This document shows, one piece after another, positions 23,192 to 27,219 of a stretch of DNA of 27,219 nucleotides. The DNA lies in contig NIVC01000654.1 of NCBI GenBank assembly GCA_002269645.1, positions 433,220 to 460,438 of the forward strand, in the 5' to 3' direction. The stretch comes from Macrostomum lignano (taxonomy: Eukaryota). The notes under the pieces were generated by a model. The model did not search any database. It had not been told where the DNA came from and saw nothing but the letters and a program-made list of their open reading frames with translations. How positions within the stretch are numbered: the first letter of the stretch is position 1; every line of letters begins with the position of its first letter. Position numbers and translations under genes: made by a program.

Positions 23192-23208
23192 GAGTGACTG
23201 GACAAAGT

Positions 23209-23227
23209 GGGCTTGCTTGCGACGCCA
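23209..23227 (-). other. Primer-binding site TGGCGTCGCAAGCAAGCCC
   Basis: Starts 1 nt after the 5' LTR with TGG, complementary to a tRNA CCA end. The implied tRNA 3' end (...GCGACGCCA, discriminator G) is tRNA-Ser-like; that identity is inference. Confidence 0.75.
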
Positions 23228-23228
23228 C

Positions 23229-23430
23229 TGTAAAGTCTCAAGGCCGCGTGTTAAGCTGAGCGAGAAAATCAAGCATGGGGCCCTAACTGGCCAGGTTAGC
23301 GATATATATACAGTATTTGAGGTTTTACGCGTACGGCGTACATGACTCATGCGACACAAGATGTACATTTATAATATAACTCACTCGCCTATTTAGAACA
23401 AATTGATAATAATATTGCGAGGCAATTACA
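23229..23430 (-). repeat. 5' LTR, 202 bp
   Basis: TG...CA ends; TATAAA on the - strand at 23373-23368; extra CAGTA at 23311-23315. Confidence 0.96.
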
Positions 23431-23920
23431 CCATCCGGCACAGATTGAGATCACATCCGGCACAGATTGAGATCCCATCCGGCACAGATTGAGATCCCAT
23501 CCGGCACAGATTGAGATCCCATTCGGCAAAGATTGAGATCCCATCTGTCACAGATTGAGATCCCATCCGGCACAGATTGAGATCGTATCTGTCATAGATT
23601 GAGATCCCATCCGGCAAAGATTGAGATCCCATCTGTCACAGATTGAGATCCCATCCGGCACAGATTGAGATCCTATCTGTCATAGATTGAGATCCCATCC
23701 GGCAAAGATTGAGATCCCATCTGTCACAGATTGAGATCCCATCCGGCACAGATTGAGATCCTATCTGTCATAGATTGAGATCCCATCTGTCACAGATTGA
23801 GATCCCATCCGGCACAGATTGAGATCCTATCTGTCACAGATTGAGATCCCATCCGGCACAGATTGAGATCCCATCTGTCACAGATTGAGATCCCATCCGG
23901 CAAAGATTGAGATCCCATCT
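23431..23920. repeat. 22-bp minisatellite, right part
   Basis: Same unit as 18428-18860. Confidence 0.96.
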
Positions 23921-23963
23921 CTAGCATTAGAATCCCCTCAGATGTACTATTCACTGCTTCCAG

Positions 23964-24374
23964 GCCATTGGAGTTGACAATTTGCCCGAACTTCGTCGAG
24001 CTCTTCGCCGCTGCTTCGACTCGGTCGGCAGTCCGTGGACAGCGGCTTGGTGTCTGGCTGACTCCGGGTGTAGAGTGCCGAATTCGGGCAGGAAGAAGAA
24101 ATCGCAGCAGAAGCAGCAATTTGGCCAGCCGGGCAGCTTTGAGCTGGTCTGCGTCAGCGAGCTAATTGACTGGCAGCGGGAGCGGAGGCAAAGCGGCCGG
24201 GCTCTGCCAGTTTGGCTCAAGCAATTGGCCTTCTGCCTTGGCTACAGAGGTGGCCTGCAGTTCTTCTGTCTGGTTGGCGATGCGTTTCAGCTCACTGAGA
24301 GGCCCGTTGCGCAATCGTTTCTGGTTGTTATCCGGCGTCTCATTGAATTGCACCTGTACAAGGAGGCTGCCCAG
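23964..24374 (+). CDS. EXD3: EXD3/mut-7-like, coding exon 2
   Basis: Acceptor GCTTCCAG|GCC, donor CAG|GTGAGC, 137 codons. ELRRALRRCFDSVGSP and FQLTE...IRRLIELHLYKEAAQ resemble the human EXD3 segments QLREEAWRGFAALDDP and FQLQD...VHRLHHEGRFREAA as I recall them. Confidence 0.85.
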
Positions 24375-24442
24375 GTGAGCTGCTACAGGGTTGGAGGGCG
24401 TTGGAGCCGGTCAGTATTTAAGTTTTTGTCCCTGCTTTTTTC

Positions 24443-24990
24443 TTCCCTGTCTCCCTTCTCTCCCTTCTCCCTGTCTCCCTTCTCTCCCTTCTCCCTGTCT
24501 CCCTTCTCTCCCTTCTCCCTGTCTCCCTTCTCTCCCTTCTCCCTGTCTCCCTTCTCTCCCTTCTCCCTGTCTCCCTTCTCTCCCTTCTCCCTGTCTCCCT
24601 TCTCTCCCTTCTCCCTGCCTCCCTTCTCTCCTTCTCCCTGCCTCCCTTCTCTCCCTTCTCCCTGCCTCCCTTCTCTCCCTTCTCCCTGTCTCCCTTCTCT
24701 CCCTTCTCCCTGCCTCCCTTCTCTCCCTTCTCCCTGTCTCCCTTCTCTCCCTTCTCCCTGCCTCCCTTCTCTCCCTTCTCCCTGTCTCCCTTCTCTCCCT
24801 TCTCCCTGTCTCCCTTCTCTACTTTCTCCACTTTCTCCCCCTTCTTCCCTTCTCTCGCTCTCCCACTTCTCCCCCATCTCTCCTTTCTCCCTTCTCCCCC
24901 TCTCTCTTCTCCTCCCTCTTCTTCTCTTCTCCTTTCTCTCGCTTCTCCCCTTTTGTTTTCCTTGTCCGTTTTCTATCCTTTTTTCTCCCT
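24443..24990. repeat. 24-bp CT-rich minisatellite TTCTCCCTG(T/C)CTCCCTTCTCTCCC, decaying into a pyrimidine tract after about 24820
   Basis: Tandem copies in EXD3 intron 2. Confidence 0.92.
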
Positions 24991-25145
24991 TATTTAACGC
25001 ACATTCATGCATTTTCCGTGATAAATCATACCGCTATTCTGTAGGACCTTGATCGGTCACTTGACTTTATAATTTCGTGCAGCTAAACACTGATAGTAAG
25101 CTGGTAACCAACAAGTCAACTGCCTCACCGCCTCGCCCACCTCAG

Positions 25146-25492
25146 GCTGCCACTGCCCTGTACATTCAAGAGCTGCTATCGCCCGACGAACTTGTGCTGC
25201 CTCTGATTGGCCAGGACAAAGTTGGCGTTGCCGAGGAATTCCTGGACTCGAATCCGGACGCTCAGTTAGCTACTCTGCGTTACCTTGACGACGCTTTAGA
25301 GAATGGCAAGAGTTTAGTTTTAGAACTGAACGATCGCCGGCTGCCTGACCTGCGCCCGGAGAAACTGCTGCCGCAGCAGCTGCGCAAACTGCTGGACAGG
25401 CTGACCAAGAAGTTCGGGGTGGACCCGGCCGATGTCTGTCCGGCTAGGGCTAAGAGACTGACCGCTGATAAGGTCCGCTTCCTGCTGCGAGA
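25146..25492 (+). CDS. EXD3: EXD3/mut-7-like, coding exon 3
   Basis: Acceptor CCTCAG|GCT, donor GA|GTGAGT (phase 2). LVLPLIGQDKVGVAEEFL, PEKLLPQQL and KFGVDPADVCP parallel the recalled EXD3 segments MSIPLLLQDKVALVERYV, LEKLSPKAL and RYGVAPALCP. Confidence 0.88.
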
Positions 25493-25519
25493 GTGAGTTG
25501 CTGCTGCGTGTCTTATTAT

Positions 25520-25538
25520 CTGTCCTGTCCTGTCTGTC

Positions 25539-25633
<95 letters not shown>

Positions 25634-25636
25634 TAG

Positions 25637-25669
<33 letters not shown>

Positions 25670-25700
25670 TGGTGTCTGTCTGTCTGTCTGTCTGTCTTAG

Positions 25701-25763
<63 letters not shown>

Positions 25764-25790
25764 GTCTGTCTGTCTGTCTGTCTGTCTTAG

Positions 25791-25839
<49 letters not shown>

Positions 25840-25925
25840 TAGTGTCTGTCTGTCTGTCTGTCTGTCTTGGTGTCTGTCTGTCTGTCTGTCTGTCTTAGTG
25901 TCTGTCTGTCTGCTGTCTGTCTTAG

Positions 25926-25982
<57 letters not shown>

Positions 25983-26054
25983 TAGTGTCTGTCTGTCTGT
26001 CTGTCTGTTAGTCTGTCTGTCTTAGTTGTCTGTCTTTTAGTCTGTCTGTCTTAG

Positions 26055-26087
<33 letters not shown>

Positions 26088-26098
26088 TAGTGTCTGTT
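25520..26098. repeat. (TCTG)n microsatellite with TTAGTG/TTGGTG interruptions
   Basis: Fills EXD3 intron 3. Confidence 0.96.
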
Positions 26099-26114
26099 CC
26101 ACCATCACTCGCAG

Positions 26115-26521
26115 GCGCCTCATCAATCGCTGCCTGAGTCGGGCGGCCCTATCCGAGCAGCTCGATCAGCTGATCGATCCGATTCTGGACGACCCGGAAT
26201 TGCAACGCGAAATCGTGACCAGCCTGATGCAGCACGGCAAGCTGGACGAGGCGTTGAACTACTCCCTGCAAGAGTTCTGCTGGACTATGGAGGACCTGCC
26301 TCACCGGCTGCAGGATCGCTACGAGGCCTGGCGGCAGCTGCCCGGCAACTGGCGGAAGCCGATAGCGAAATGACCAATCAGCGGGCTTTCCCGGAGGATT
26401 CGCCAGTGCAGTGCTTCAGCCGAGTCGCCAACACTGACTCTACCGTTGGAATTGGAGTCGGATGGTGTTTCCTGGGTTGATTCGGCTGAGGAATTTCAAA
26501 CTGGCTGTTGGCCACATTCAG
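26115..26521 (+). CDS. EXD3: EXD3/mut-7-like, coding exon 4, with apparent frameshifts
   Basis: Acceptor TCGCAG|G (phase 2). Reads RLINRCLSRAALSEQLDQ...LPHRLQDRYEA, then needs frame changes through AAAARQLAEADSEM and LTLPLELESDGVSWVDSAEEF to the donor CAG|GTTGGT. As given, the first frame stops at TGA 26371-26373. The DEDD domain would lie in later exons. Confidence 0.7.
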
Positions 26522-26709
26522 GTTGGTGTCGCGAGCTGTATAGGCCAACCCTGGCGACATCATGCCACAGCCAACGCGGTGCTCAGGCACGCACTCATAC
26601 ACTCGCTCAAACAGGGTGTACAGCGGCCCCTTTACTTTCTAATAGTCAGGCATGTACAGTCTCTGTGCCTTGGGGGTTGGGCCTCATGGCTGACCCCGAA
26701 TAATCACAC

Positions 26710-26762
26710 GGAATCGAACCAGGGGTCGCGTGCAGCGCGAGATTCAGACGCGTTAACGCTAT
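26710..26762 (-). mobile_element. Possible tRNA-derived SINE head fragment
   Basis: Perfect B-box GGTTCGATTCC (26720-26710) preceded by tRNA-like GCGTTAACGCGTCTGAATCTCGCG...GACCCCT. No clear A-box and no complete cloverleaf. Confidence 0.3.
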
Positions 26763-26819
26763 TTATTTATCTGCGTCAATAGTTCTATGAAGTCTTCTTG
26801 TCTGCAATAAGTTACACAG

Positions 26820-27219
26820 GTTCATTGTCAGGTCAGCTCGGGTCACGCAGGTTCCTTCTTCAGGTCAGGCTCGGGTCACGCAGGTTCCTTGTCAGGTCAG
26901 CTCGGGTCACGCAGGTTCCTTGTCAGTCAGCTCGGGTCACGCAGGTTCCTTGTCAGGTCAGCTCGGTCACCAGGTTCCTTGTCAGGTCAGCGTCGGGTCA
27001 CGCAGGTTCCTTGTCAGGTCAGCTCGCACGCAGAGTCAGCGTCAGCTCAGGTCACGCGAGTCAGCAGTCAGGTCAGCTCGGGTCACGCAGAGTCAGGTCA
27101 GCTCGGGTCAGCTCAGGTCACGCGAGTCAGCAGTCGGGTCAGCTCGGTCACGCAGAGTCAGTCAGCTCGGGTCAGCTCAGGTCACGCGGAGTCAGCAGTC
27201 GGGTCAGCTCGGGTCACGC
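26820..27219. repeat. About 31-bp minisatellite CAGGTCAGCTCGGGTCACGCAGGTTCCTTGT, degenerating toward the right edge
   Basis: Tandem copies with many small indels, in EXD3 intron 4. Confidence 0.9.

Larger units (their letters stand above)
18861..23430 (-). mobile_element. Full-length Ty3/gypsy LTR retrotransposon (Mag/K02A2.6-like), 4570 bp
   Basis: Paired LTRs with TGTAA...TTACA ends, TSD CCATC (18856-18860 and 23431-23435), PBS, PPT, and a single ORF in the order Gag-PR-RT-RH-IN. No env. Confidence 0.97.

Noticed and set aside
19142-23241. Many overlapping alternative-frame and antisense ORFs in the retroelement, including a possible env
   Set aside because: Shadows of the GC-rich gag-pol. 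Only about 115 bp separate the stop from the PPT, leaving no room for env.
23982-25052. 356-aa ORF as a single CDS
   Set aside because: Only 23964-24374 is exon; the rest is read-through into the CT-rich intronic repeat.
25077-25145. Upstream in-frame acceptor (GTGCAG at about 25082) for EXD3 exon 3
   Set aside because: It would insert 21 residues into the YKEAAQ-AATAL helix that aligns without a gap when 25146 is used. Not excluded as a minor isoform.
25498-26011. SVCL-repeat ORFs
   Set aside because: Translations of (TCTG)n.

Overview
Animal genomic DNA with GT-AG introns, GC-rich exons and introns full of tandem repeats. The style suggests a flatworm such as Macrostomum, but that is inference only. 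Genes on the + strand: a complete three-exon Rab14 CDS (11501-14767, 211 aa, ends CAC) and the first four coding exons of an EXD3/mut-7/Nibbler-like 3'-5' exonuclease (17988-26521, continuing past the window). On the - strand there is a probable terminal exon of a single-pass membrane protein (5546-5853). A very young 4.57-kb Ty3/gypsy LTR retrotransposon (18861-23430, - strand, 5-bp TSD, PBS, PPT, single gag-pol ORF) lies antisense in EXD3 intron 1 and splits a 22-bp minisatellite. Its protease catalytic Asp reads Gly, and its two LTRs differ only by a 5-bp insertion that creates TACAGTA, the canonical Tc1/mariner excision footprint. Two non-autonomous TIR elements with 9-bp flanking duplications lie at 7380-7912 (Foldback-like) and 10288-10796. 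There are about ten distinct tandem repeats, clusters of the palindromes TACATGTA and TAGGCCTA, and a CpG-depleted domain ending inside Rab14. Most long ORFs in the supplied track are repeat artefacts. All counts were made by hand.
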